A stretch of DNA of 64,000 nt from NCBI RefSeq assembly GCF_009914755.1, contig NC_060931.1; one strand, written 5' to 3'. Origin of the DNA: the human T2T-CHM13v2.0 reference genome, Homo sapiens. Under the pieces are notes generated by a model that saw only the letters and a list, made by a program, of their open reading frames with translations, did no database searches and was not told the origin of the DNA. Of this stretch, positions 13,360 through 26,609 are shown in pieces. A program made the translations under genes and the position numbers. Each line of letters begins with the position of its first letter. Positions within the stretch are counted from its first letter, which is position 1.

Positions 13360-14243
13360 GCGTCTCAGTATTCTATTTCTTTATTATAATTCTTATTTTG
13401 CTAGCTCATAGCTCAGTGCAACATGTGAAACTATTTGAAAAACAATGTATCTGCCATTTTTCATCGTTTTGCAGCAGGAGCAAAGTTCAGGATATCTAAA
13501 ATCTCTTATTGCACATGTCTTTTATAAATTATATTTAATCTATAAAAATCAGGGAAAAACCTAAAAATCAGCTGAGCACCAAGTAATTATTTAATAAGTA
13601 TATTTACTTTGTTATTTTGAAACAACAAATATGTTTCAGAATTAATTTATACAAGAAAAAATGTAATGGGCACACTGGGGAGCTTTTAATGTCATGACTA
13701 TGCAAAGCTAAGAATCATGCAAAATTATCTTCAAATGTCAGGAACTTTTTATGAACACTAAATTTAACCATTAGTAAGTTTTAAACATATTATTTAAATA
13801 TTTGTTAATTTTGACATTGTAGTTTTCTCTTTCTATTTGGAGCCTCACTCTCTCTCTCTTTCTATATATATATATGTATTTAGTTTTATGTCTCAGAGAT
13901 TTTTTTGTAGGCCTTTGGAAAACTCATAAGCTGTAAGATTTGTTCTTATAATTCCAAGTAGATAAAACTGTCCTTTTTGGGTATAGTTCCTAACACTCCC
14001 AATAGCACACCCTCTCTCAGGGAGTGGGAATGTGAGAAGCCAGAAAAAGATTAAAAATTGTGGGAAAGTACAGAAGACACACAGAGAAACAGCAGCAGAA
14101 ACCATGCTAAGTGTGAACCATAATGTAGAGAGAAGAGCAGAGATGACTCAGCAGGGGGAGGAAAAACAAGCAACACACAGACACAAAGGACATTCGACAG
14201 GAGCATGGCTACTATCAGGGGGATCAAGTGGGATCCCAATAAT

Positions 14244-14420
14244 CGGGACTGATTACATAACTTGTGGGACCTGTGCAAAATAAAAATGCAGAGCTCCCTG
14301 TTCAAAAATTGTTAAGAATTGCAAGACAGTGAAAGCACAGCATTAAGCCAAGCACAGGGCCATTTTGAGCATGGCACCATGTGCACCTGCATGGGTCGCA
14401 CACCCATGAGGCTGTCCCTG
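14244..14420 (-). mobile_element. MER45A hAT-Tip100 MITE
   Basis: 177 bp; ends CGGGACTG...TGTCCCTG; reverse complement follows the recalled MER45A consensus. Confidence 0.85.
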
Positions 14421-14943
14421 CAGAAGGCTTTCCCACTCTTCCCAAGAAATGGCTCTGGGATGTTGGCATTGACTTGGATGCTCCCATGCCACTGGCCTTT
14501 CCACACTGCATCTCATTGCCTAAGCCAACTTGACCGCGTCGCTTGCTTGGGACCCTGACAAAACTATGATTCCGTGTGTTTAATATGAAAACGAATTAAT
14601 ATTAGAAACCTAAGGTAATTTAAATAAATAATAAAAGAATTTAAATAAACCAAAAATTGGTCTATCTTTTATCAATTAACATATTTACACATTATAAGAC
14701 TGAAAATCAACTGCTAATTTCTTCTTATAACTTGAAGGCACATAATGAAAATATAGCACATGATTAATACCTGGTCTAAGGGTACCAAGTGACATTGGCA
14801 TATTCTTAATCTTATAAAAAGTGTGTATGAAAGCATCTTTACATGCTTTTATTATCATTAATCTTTAATATAGTTGAAATGAAACAGTGTGCTTGTTACA
14901 CAAGACAAGGCCTCAAATCCTCTTTCCATAAGAGGCAACATGA

Positions 14944-15224
<281 letters not shown>

Positions 15225-15866
15225 GCTATTCTTATATACTGTGATACTATTTGATGTATTGTGACTCTCAAATAATGTTAAGACTTACATAAACAAGGGA
15301 GACTACACAGAAAATATCAGTTTTCCAAAAACAAATACATGAAAATGTATAAACTTTATGCCCAGCAAATACTCAACCAAATTCTTCATCTATGAACACT
15401 CTGATCTCCAGTACTACATTTCCACTGTCCATGTCACTAGTAGTAACTCCAATAATTCAATTCATTTAAAGTGAAAAAAAAACTTTATAATATGTATCCC
15501 ATTTTTAAAAATAAGTTTGAGTTTATTAATAAAATACACTAATATGGAATGTATCCTAAGTATTTATAATCAGGCTTAATATTATAAGCTCCCACACATG
15601 TAATGTAATCATTCTATAAAAATTTGATATATGGCAAAAGAAGCTGATTCCACAGACTTCCATAATAATTGAAAAAATATCCTGTATTAGCAACTACTAT
15701 AACAGAATAAGACAAAATTATATTTATGGTCATCTGCTAAAAGCTAATTAATGTAAAATGTTGGAAAATAATGATATGAAAGCACTTTCAAATTTAAAAG
15801 AACAAAGAAGCATGACTAAATCCTTCTGAACTTGTTTGAATTTTTTGTGTTATAAATATAAAATTT

Positions 15867-16162
<296 letters not shown>

Positions 16163-16359
16163 ATAAATATAAAGTTTCATGTAAGTACATACAGTAAGTT
16201 AAACTGAGAAAAAATAGTAAAATAAGAAAAAGTAGGAAATCATAATTCAAATACAATAATTACAAAATTATAAAAGTCCTTTCAAAATATAAATTTATAG
16301 CTCCATAAGATTCATAAAATTGATATTTTTTATTTAGAAAATCCAGGTCCCAGAAAAAC

Positions 16360-17330
<971 letters not shown>

Positions 17331-18082
17331 GCATAAGATTCCCTAAGAATTTAAAATTCTGCAATTCTAACCAATGATGCCCAAGTATCAGATATTTTAT
17401 ATTAAGTACGTGCATGTGCAAAGCTATATTATGTGTGCCTAATGACATAGATGTTAACAATATATGCAGGAAAGTGACAAGAGCAGCCAACTGGTCTATA
17501 GAACACACTTTTTTTTTTTTGCAAATAACTCCAGAGCACTTATTTATTCATTGTATACAATATTCCAGTCAGATTAATTACATATGTAATATTCTAGCCA
17601 GATGGCTATGTAGAAATATGTATATTCAAATTTAATTTAAAAGAAACTTTCAAATAATTTTCTAGAACACTGCATGCAACTATGAACTTAGAGCTTGTTT
17701 TTATTTTTCTGAGTTTTTGTTTTCCTAGGATTTTACGTCCACTACATATTCTTCTGTTTCCCTATGTTTATAAAACTCCTTGTTTATCTCTGCACACAAC
17801 CTCTTGGTCCAGGTGTTCTGAAGTTACTGCCACCTAATGAGAGTGACACAGTAATGATCCCTCCAGTTAATCAGCAACACTGAATCTGCTCTAGAAAGAC
17901 TAACAAGTGAGAACAATGGTGTCTGAGGCTGATTTTTAGACAAAAGAAACAGGTAAAACATTAGCAGAGAGAAAAGGCCCCAGTAAGTTAACCTCATAAA
18001 TAAGTTTTAAAGAATACAACCTATCCAAAGTCTTTTGATTAAATGAGAGAACCCTTGCACACTGGTTTCTTAAAAATTTTAT

Positions 18083-18296
18083 GGCCTGTAAACTCCAGCC
18101 CTTTCGAGGGCTGAGGCAGGAGGATGGCTTGATGCCAGGAGTTCAAGACCAGTCTGGTGAGATTCCATCTCAAAAAACAACAAAAAAAAAATTAGCTGTG
18201 CATGGTTGCGCATGCCCGTAGTCCCAGCTACTCAGAAGGCTGCAGGAGTTCAAGGCTGCTTCAAGCTATGATCGCATCACTGCATTCCAGCCTGGT
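18083..18296 (+). mobile_element. AluJ, degenerate with internal deletions
   Basis: CCAGGAGTTCAAGACCAG; A-rich linker; GTAGTCCCAGCTACTCAG. Confidence 0.85.
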
Positions 18297-20747
18297 AGAT
18301 TTTTTTCTAAAGAAAAAAAATCACGTATAGTTATTTTGTAGTGAATAAGTTCATAGGTCACAATGAACTCCAAATCTCTGAAAGGACCTTAGTCTTAATT
18401 TAGACAACCCAAAATGGTCATAATGAAAAAAAGACTTCTTAAAAATATCTCTTCAAGGTCATTTCTGCCTGTTAGAATTCATTCATGTATTCAGTTCAAT
18501 ACTTGCACAGAGTATCACAGAGATAAAAAGTTCCTCAGAGGCATTTCTTCCACTGTTTAACATCTCTCCTTCTAATTGGGTAGATGAGAAAAGTGAATGC
18601 CATTGTTTAACATTTTCAGCTTAATTATATTGGCTATGGCAGCTAAGCTAATAACTAGATATTTCAAAGGAGTCATGGTATATGTAATTATTATAAAGAA
18701 TAATATGTCACAGTATTCATTAGTGTTTATTAAAATACTTCACAGACAAAAATACACATTCACTAAAATACTGCATGCAATCACTTTCAAATCCATGCTT
18801 CCCCTAGGACTATATTTAGTGGAGAAATTATTTCCCAGGTTTAAATTCTGCCTCATATTTCCTGACCATTGTTTTTTCTAGATATTTTCCTTCTTAAGAA
18901 GTGAAACTGTGAACAATACCTAAAAGAGATCATACTATTTCAGAAATCTGAAGAAGTCCTCCTGTGGTGGGGTCAGTATTGTTGTTGTTTTTCTTGTTGT
19001 TTGTTGTTTTAAAATCTTACCTCATGCTATTCTGAAAACATTCTTTTTCAAGCTCACAGAACATCTTGTAAATATCTGCCACTTGACATTACATTCAGTG
19101 TAAGTATAAAGACTATTTGGATTTTATATAGATAGAAACTTAGAATTTTAAGGCTTAAAGGTCCTTTAGAGATGACATGGCTCAACCTTTACCTTTTATG
19201 GATTAGGAAATAGAGATGTGGAAGGACCACATGAGTTAGACATTTTGTGGGAAGATGGTTGTTTTTAAAACACTGACCAAGGTCTCCAAAATGCTCTGAA
19301 ATCTATTGAAAAATGCTTCCCAATTTGTATTTGTATTGCTATTTTAAAGGTTAAAAAAATCTAGATTAATGTACAAATTGAGCAAATACATTTTAGAAAC
19401 TGCCTTTATTCTGAATATGTGTATTTTTGTTTCTAATATGTAAGCTTATAATATTCTTACAAGAGAAAAGTAATTCAAAATATTAAGCAGTCTGTTGCTA
19501 TCCCTCAGGTTGTCTCAGCCTAGAAGTGCACCTGCACACTTCTCTCAGCCCTTCTTTATGATATCACCTCTTTTAACTTTTATTCATTATCTTATCGGTC
19601 TTGAGGTATTTCAATGGCAGGTGCAGCATAAGTTTGTATTAATGCTTAGTACCTCCTCTTTATGTTCCGAGAACCGATTCACATCTTTCTACCTGGCCTC
19701 ATGTGTAATTCATGTTAATGAGGCACTGAAATCTGAAGAGCATGTTAAAGTATGAGAAGGAGACACTTCCATAGGGGTGGTTGGGTTATGAGAAAGGAAG
19801 AAAGATGGGAGATAAGATCTCCACTTCCATTGCATTTTTTGCTAATCCCAAAATGGGCAGGTGACTGTAAGTAACTATACAAATTGTTCCTGCCCAGAAA
19901 GGGGCTCTATTAGTTTTTTTTTTTTTTAGTCACATAGACTTCATCAAATATAAACAGGAGGGAAAAGCTGGTTTTTGAAAATGTTAGCTCATCATGTATA
20001 TAATTCATACTTTTGAGAAAAACAAATGATAGAAACAGAGGAAGTGGTGGAGAGGGGGGAAGAAGAACAAAGAAGGAACTGAGAGAACAACAAGGCAAAA
20101 GACCAGGGAAAATGCGATGGGATACAAATTCAAGTCAGAAATTTATTTTGTAGATTAGACATTGACTCCCATTAGTTCAATTTTTTTCTATGCTATTTAG
20201 GAAAAAGAATTTCACTACCTTAATAATGTTGCTCTCAGTAGAGTTACTTTAACCATGAATCTTATGCCAAGATAACTAATACACTTAATAGAAAACTCTA
20301 AAGAAATGAGGAACATAGGATTCTAGAAAATACATGTAGAGAAGTGTAGGTCCTGAGAAAGTAGAAAAACATTTTATGGAAGAACATAGATAGTAAGAGC
20401 TGGACATGTACCTACTCCACAGTTGAGAAAGCATCAAAGGTAGAGCACTGCAGGCAGATCAGTGGGTAATACTTTTACCCTCATGCCCACACGTAGTTTT
20501 GTCATTTTAATTTTCCCCATATTACACATTTTACCAAATAAAAATATATTATAGTTTTGTTATTACAAGGGGTGACATTAGAGCAGACATCAGCAAACAC
20601 TTTCTGCAAGGAACAGAGAGTAAATGCATAGGAGGTAGGAGAATAACAGAAATAAATAAAAGGAAGGATATAAAAGTTATAAATATACACTGCTGGAAAA
20701 ATGAACGCAAAACACTTACACCTGAATAGAATTGCAGTGGACCATTA

Positions 20748-20972
20748 GGGTCTTGAAATCAGACAGATTAGGCAGAGTTAAAATACCAGTGATGCAGGGC
20801 ACCCCTGGGTAAATTACTTTTCCTCTCTAATCTTTAGTGTCCTTATGAGTAGATAAGGGACAAATAATAGCATTTACTTTTCAGGGTTGTTGAGAAGTTT
20901 GATTCAAATAAGTTGTATAAAGCTTAACATGGCATACTCAGTATAGTAAGTAGTCAATAAATAGGAGTTGTT
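20748..20972 (+). mobile_element. MIR
   Basis: GAAATCAGACAG...CTGGGTAAATTACTT...CAGGGTTGTTGAGAAG...TAGTAAGTAGTCAATAAAT. Confidence 0.7.
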
Positions 20973-21016
20973 AACATAAAGATATTTTTAAGCAATAAAG
21001 AGTAAAATAATGGGTA

Positions 21017-21074
21017 TTAGGTTGGTGCATTACCTTTAACGGCAAAAACTGCAATTACTTTTGCACCAATCTGA
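21017..21074. mobile_element. MADE1 (Hsmar1-derived MITE), internally deleted
   Basis: TTAGGTTGGTGCA...AAAAACTGCAATTACTTTTGCACCAATCTGA; TA on both sides. Confidence 0.88.
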
Positions 21075-21129
21075 TATTTTTAATTATATTATTTTATATT
21101 ACAAATAATACAGAAAAGGATTCTCAAGT

Positions 21130-21335
21130 TACACACTCTCATAATATCCTGTGATTTTTTTTGTAGCACAATTTATATTTGTATTTTTAATGATTTTTTA
21201 ATATATGTTTCTCCCACTGGGCTACAATCCCATGGGTAACAGACCTTGTCTGTCCAAAATTGTATTCCTAGTGTCATCCACAACCTCTGGCATATCAAAA
21301 ATGCTCAGTAAATATTTTTGCTGAGGTGAATGGAC
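21130..21335 (+). mobile_element. L2 3' end
   Basis: TTTCTCCCACTGGGCT...TGCTCAGTAAATATTTTTGCTGAGGTGAATG. Confidence 0.65.
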
Positions 21336-23209
21336 TCAGAATGAGAAAGCATAGGTTAAAATAAAAATTCTATAATTTATAGTTGTGTGGTTGTGGAAAT
21401 GCCTTCTCAATCTTAATGTCTGTATAATGGGGACAATAGTAACATTCAGTTTAATTGCTATGAGGAGTCAGAGTGTCTAGGAGATATTCCGTGCTTAAAA
21501 AATGCTACCTGAGTCAAATTTAGTTATTTTGTTTAAATTTAAGTTGACCATAGCATTAAGTTAATCAAATTTCTATATTATCCAAGCACTTTGGTTATTA
21601 GATCTTTATGTCCATGTTTGTAATATACAATAATCAAGGTAGCATATATTTAAACTTATGAGATGCCTTTACCTTTCAATAAAACTTCATAAATAAAATG
21701 TAAAGGGAAATATATTCTTCAAAATTTCATGCTCTTGAAAGAAAAGTCACTGATCCTAGTATAAAGAACCTAGTTGATCAGTTCTGCCAAAGCAGCATGT
21801 TGCTCCTTCTGCACTCTGATTGTAAATTAAAAATTAATATGTCTACCTGTGCTCACTAGTGAATTTATTAGAAACCATCAATATTTCATGTGTGGCATAG
21901 GTCAATCCTATGTTGTACATCTAATGAGTAATGTATGAGGTGTTGCTGGGGCCCAACCAGTGGCTGCAGAAGCTTTGCCTTCAGCAGAAGATGGTAGTAT
22001 CAGAGAACATGATCAGCTAAGGAGAAGAAATCAATGGCCTTTTTTTATCTTACTGCAAAATTAATGATGACCCCTATGAAACCAAAATATCTCTTACTAA
22101 CTATAAGAAAGGAAGACTCAGAAAATCTCCAGTACAAAGTTGAAGTTTAAGGTTTTCAAGGTAGAGCCATTAAAAGTCATAATTTTAGTAATATTTAAAG
22201 TCATTGGAAAATGCCAATGATACATGGCTACATGTGCAATGAGAATGGAAAAGTACATACAATATGGCCCCAATTTTATGCAATTATCTTTTTCATGCAC
22301 ATATTTTTTTAAAAAAAAACTTGGTGTAATTATGTAAATGTAATAATGGTAGTTACCTCTAAGTATTGGAATATGGATACTTACCTCTTAGTATTTGACT
22401 AGTTAGGTCAATCAGATAGTATCAGGAACACAAAGATACATGAGGGGTTGATGGCAGTAGGAGTCAAAAAATAGAATGCAGATGATTTTGAAGATTCTGT
22501 AATAGGCCACATGTAGGCCCAGGTTATGAGGAAGCAGAAATTAAGAGGAAGCGTAAGTCAGGAGTAAACAATATGTGTTGGAGAGTGACATAGCTAATCT
22601 GCAAAGAGACCAACAGGACATCTGACTCTGGGTAATGATAAAGCACGAAAATTAAGGTCCTGTGGCCTGACTTACCCCATGAGTCTTTCACTTTCAGGGT
22701 TATGGCCTTGCTGTGTTTCCCACCTGATAGAAAGTGAATGATGTAGCTATTTTGGGCTTCATATGAGTACAACAAATCCCACTACATGAAATAACGAAGT
22801 CTCTTCCTTACAACAAGAAATTGAATTAAAGAACAATTATACTAAAAGAAAGAAAACAACATACTCTGTGGATTCAAAAGCCAGTGGTGGCTCCAGAATT
22901 TCTATCTGAGATGAGTTTTAAGGGAGGTTATATTGTTGAGCCTATGCAGGGATTATCTTGAAGCACAGTCCTATAGCAAATATACTGTTGACTAATCAGG
23001 AGGCTTTAAGTGATATTTGCATAACTAATGTTTCTTAGCTTGTATTTTCATTTAGGGTGGATGGAAGATTATGCAAGTACTAACCTTACATTTTAGAATT
23101 CATAAAATTAGAGGTCCTGTGCCATTATAAATTTTCAGGAAGATGCTCCTGAGCATGATACAGAACTGAGAGCAAGATTAAAATGCTCTATTTTATTGTT
23201 AATGCTTAC

Positions 23210-23242
23210 CTATCAGGTGTGCTTTGAAGGTTGCTTAAAGGA
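23210..23242 (-). other. Candidate 33-nt exon (phase 2/2, PLSNLQSTPD)
   Basis: Minus strand T11CTAACAG acceptor and TAG|GTAAGC donor; one of the three frames is open. Confidence 0.35.
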
Positions 23243-23594
23243 CTGTTAGAAAAAAAAAAAGCCTTTTTTTTTCTCGGGCCTTTCATTATATGACACTCGT
23301 TTCCTGTATTCAAGCTCAACGAGGCTGAGAAGAGGAATTAATTTTATTCATCACACAAGTTAGGGAGAAGTGTTGTCGGAGATATTTAGAGGCATATTTT
23401 AGTTACAAATCTTCTAGTGTTTAGGATAGCATGCACAGGCCAACAAATATCAGAAGGTTGTAGTCTTAAATAAGGACCCGCTCAGGCTAGCTCTGAAGTT
23501 TTTTTTGAGGCAATACTGAAAAAGAAGAAAAAAAGAAGATGTGATGAAGATAGGGAATTATTAAAGAAATTGAATTTATAACTGGGACCAAGAT

Positions 23595-23760
23595 TAGGGG
23601 TGGCAAATAAGTTCTACTTTGTATGCCAATAACAGTAGATCAAAAATGACTGCTACTGCAGTAAAGAGAAGAAATTCATAGCCAAGTCTGGGATGCCAAA
23701 ATGTTCTGGGACCAATTAAGGTCTGCTATCAGCCTCGGATGTCACATAGTTGCCATTCTG
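23595..23760 (+). mobile_element. MER117-like hAT-Charlie MITE
   Basis: TIR-like ends TAGGGGTGGCAAATA / TAGTTGCCATTCTG. Confidence 0.6.
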
Positions 23761-23786
23761 ACAAGTGAAGTCACAGATAGAAGGGG

Positions 23787-24010
23787 TGGTGGTATGGAAA
23801 GAGTAAAGGCTTTGCAGTTCAAATACCTGCTCCACCTTATACATGTGGAGTTTGGGAATATTTATTTAATCTTCCATTTTCTCATCATAGAAATCATAAT
23901 GCCTACTTCATGTCATTTCTGTGAGAATTAAATAAAAAACACATGAAATCCACAATACATTTCCAGGCACAAGGCAGGTGTCCAATAAAATGATAAGTCC
24001 TTTCTTCCTT
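23787..24010 (+). mobile_element. MIR
   Basis: GGAAAGAGTAAAGGCTTTGCAGTTCA...GTGAGAATTAAATAA...CCAGGCACAAGGCAGGTGTCCAATAAA. Confidence 0.7.
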
Positions 24011-24069
24011 CATTTTTATTTGATTACAATTGCCACCCTATTGGCCCACAATTAATGAAAATACATATC

Positions 24070-24299
24070 TAGGCCAAACTACAGGCTCATGATTCATTTT
24101 AACTGTACCACTCCATACTACTGGCCCATGATTAGTTATAATTTCACAGCCCATACCTACGTCCATTATTGATTCCAATGCCACAGCTCATACCCCAAGT
24201 CCACAATTGCTTACAAATGTTCAGCCCATACTTCATGTCTACAGTAGATCACAATTGTACCACTCTATCCCCTCTATCTACATATTGCCATTTCTGCCA
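24070..24299. repeat. Degenerate 37-39 bp tandem array, about 6 units
   Basis: CAGCCCATAC-like anchors at 24070, 24109, 24147, 24184, 24222 and 24261. Confidence 0.7.
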
Positions 24300-24331
24300 T
24301 TGGAATGTCATAAGAAGAAAACATATGAACA

Positions 24332-24446
24332 TTACAGTGAAACTGTATAGAGATGACTTGAAAAAGACGTGGTACTTTTGTGGTAGTTTTTTGAAGCTCC
24401 GTCTGGCTCCTCCCTGTCATCCTTGTTTTCTGTTCTTCTTAAAAAC
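24332..24446 (-). other. Candidate coding exon FLRRTENKDDREEPDGASKNYHKSTTSFSSHLYTVSL*
   Basis: Acceptor ATCTTTTGCATAG|G; in frame with, and paralogous to, 24664-24738; weak internal donor after 24376. Confidence 0.4.
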
Positions 24447-24663
24447 CTATGCAAAAGATACTTTATTTTCATTGAATGGAAATGGTGAAATTAATCCTTG
24501 TTTTGAAAAATGCAAAAGATTAAAACTTTTTGTATTTTCTGCTCAGTTATTTGTAAACCTAAAACTGCTTTAAACATAGTCTATTCATTTTTAAAAAGAG
24601 AAAAATATATATTTTCATGAGTCTATAATTTGAAAACAAAACAATCCAGGTGCATCCATGCAC

Positions 24664-24738
24664 CTCCATGCCAGCGAGGAAGCTCCTTCCACCTCCTCCC
24701 TGTCATCGATGTTTCCTGTTCTTACTCCCATCCGTGTT
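24664..24738 (-). other. Candidate 75-nt symmetric exon TRMGVRTGNIDDREEVEGASSLAWR
   Basis: Acceptor CCCAACCCTTGTCAG, donor GAG|GTGCAT; open reading in phase 2/2. Confidence 0.4.
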
Positions 24739-25130
24739 CTGACAAGGGTTGGGTGAATGATGAGTGCAATGAGGAGACAGCTATTCTGAAATTTGATGAT
24801 GCTAATTCCTATCTTAGTAATGGGAAGCATGTAGTTCAACTCTGTTCACAAACTCCTAAAAGAAAGAAACAACCACCCAGTGAAAGTCAATTAGGATTCA
24901 ACTATTTTTTTGCTTGTTTTAGAAGGGCTACTGCTTATGTATGCTTTCCTTATGCTGCTTGATAAACTCCAATGAAAGGTCCATGCTGGATGATTCTACA
25001 AACCCTAAATCTAAAATTCAAAAGTAATTTGCAAAAATGGCAATAGGGTGTACTGAGAAGACTCATTTTGTCCTGGCTTCATTTTATTCATTTTTCTGTA
25101 AGACTGGGCTGATGCAGCAGTGTGGCTCAC

Positions 25131-25255
25131 CTACTTACTCATTGCAATCTGCTCTTCCAACAGTGTGTTTCCAACAAATGTGTGACTGGGTTTATGATTC
25201 CTTCGGATTCCAGTTGCCTCATATTATCATCAGCCAAATCAAAATTGTACTGCAG
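25131..25255 (-). other. Candidate exon LQYNFDLADDNMRQLESEG...LQ*VSR with one in-frame TGA
   Basis: Acceptor GGTTTTCTGTAG; tandem donors TGA|GTAAGT and TAG|GTGAGC; the second is phase-compatible with 24664-24738. Confidence 0.33.
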
Positions 25256-26609
25256 CTACAGAAAACCTTTTTTTAAAAAATAAAATATGCAGTCTCATCA
25301 AAGCTGCATAGCTTCTTCTATTTAAACAAAATATGTATTTTTTATGTCAAAAGGATTACGTTACAAAGTGTAAATCACTCTGGTATCCATGGTGAAGTTT
25401 GAAATTGACCCACAGATTTTTCTCCTCTGGGCAAAATCCTAACACCCCTAGTGGCCAGCTAATTGAGTTACTTTATCAGTACAGAGTGAATATTAGAAAG
25501 CTTGGAGAGGCAACTAGGAAGGAGGCAAAGGCATGGTTTTATTAATTTACTGATTTTTTAAGAGAGAAATGAGCCAATATATTTAAGCTACTCTGTATTT
25601 TTCATACTTTATCGCTGAAATCAAACAGTTGAATTTCCTTTAGGATATTACCATACCTATTTTCCTAAGCTAAACATATTTCTACACCAATCCATCTGCT
25701 TCTCAAATTAAAACGTTAACACAAACCAAGCCTCTGCCAATAAGCAACCACATTTGCAAACAGACTAGATCTACTTCAAAAAACAAACTTGAAATGATAA
25801 ATAGTAAGTACTAAAATTCTTATAAAGCCACAATTTACTTATCATATAGCCCTTGTCTAAAGGAAGTTTCTACATTTTAAATCTAGTTTAATTTTTGAAT
25901 TGAGTTCTGGCATAGAGATCACATCAAACTTCGTGAACGTGTGCTCAAGTAAGGATATTGAAGATATCTCACGTATATAGCTTCAAAAATGCCAGTGTTG
26001 ATACTTTTGATGAGAAATTATGTCTTTTGAGCCAGCTGCAAAAGCATGAGTGTCACAGATGATACAATAAAAAATATATAGTCACATGGAATGCTTTCTT
26101 TGTACTACAGAGAATATTTCTAGCTATTCCATCTCACTATAGAAAAAAAATCTGCTGAAGATCTAGTGGTAAAACACTAGATCTTCAGTGTGTTGCTCAC
26201 TTTAATATAATTAAGTAGAAAGTAGTATTACAAATTGAGTCATAAAACATTTATACAGAAAGAAAAAACAAGGATGTCATGTGGTTATTCCCTCTTCCCA
26301 GTATAGAGAGGAGAAATCTAAAGCTCAAAGTTCAATGACTTGCATAAGACCACAGAGTTGGTTTTAGCCAAGTGCCTAAACCGGATCCCAGAATGTTGAA
26401 CACATTTATCTTTTTAGAAGAGGAAGAAGATTAGGTGTTTTGCTTAAATGTCTATATAATGATTTTCAGTCCGAATCATAAAGAATCAATCTACATATGT
26501 TCAATATTTTAAAAACTTCCATGTATTATACACATAGAACCCTACAAGTCTGTGCATAACTACATTTGTACTCTTGGTTTTTGCTCCACCTAGGCATTCT
26601 TCCAAGTTG

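Noticed and set aside
19021-19074. Minus-strand segment IYKMFCELEKECFQNSMR ending at a strong GAG|GTAAGA donor
   Set aside because: The only in-frame acceptor lacks a polypyrimidine tract, and the frame is closed just upstream.
24169-24962. Plus-strand ORFs of 134 aa and 110 aa over the duplicated segment
   Set aside because: Both have non-ATG starts and no recognisable domain. A plus frame with some synonymous differences (EAPSGSSLSSLFSVL / EAPSTSSLSSMFPVL) lacks matching splice signals. It remains a minor alternative to the minus-strand reading.
25443-25457. CTCF-like TGGCCACTAGGGGTG on the minus strand
   Set aside because: Lacks the critical GGC of the core's 3' half.
25973-26035. 63-nt minus-strand AG/GT-bounded open segment (WLKRHNFSSKVSTLAFLKLY)
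   Set aside because: Short pyrimidine tract, phase does not fit the 25255 unit, and no independent support.
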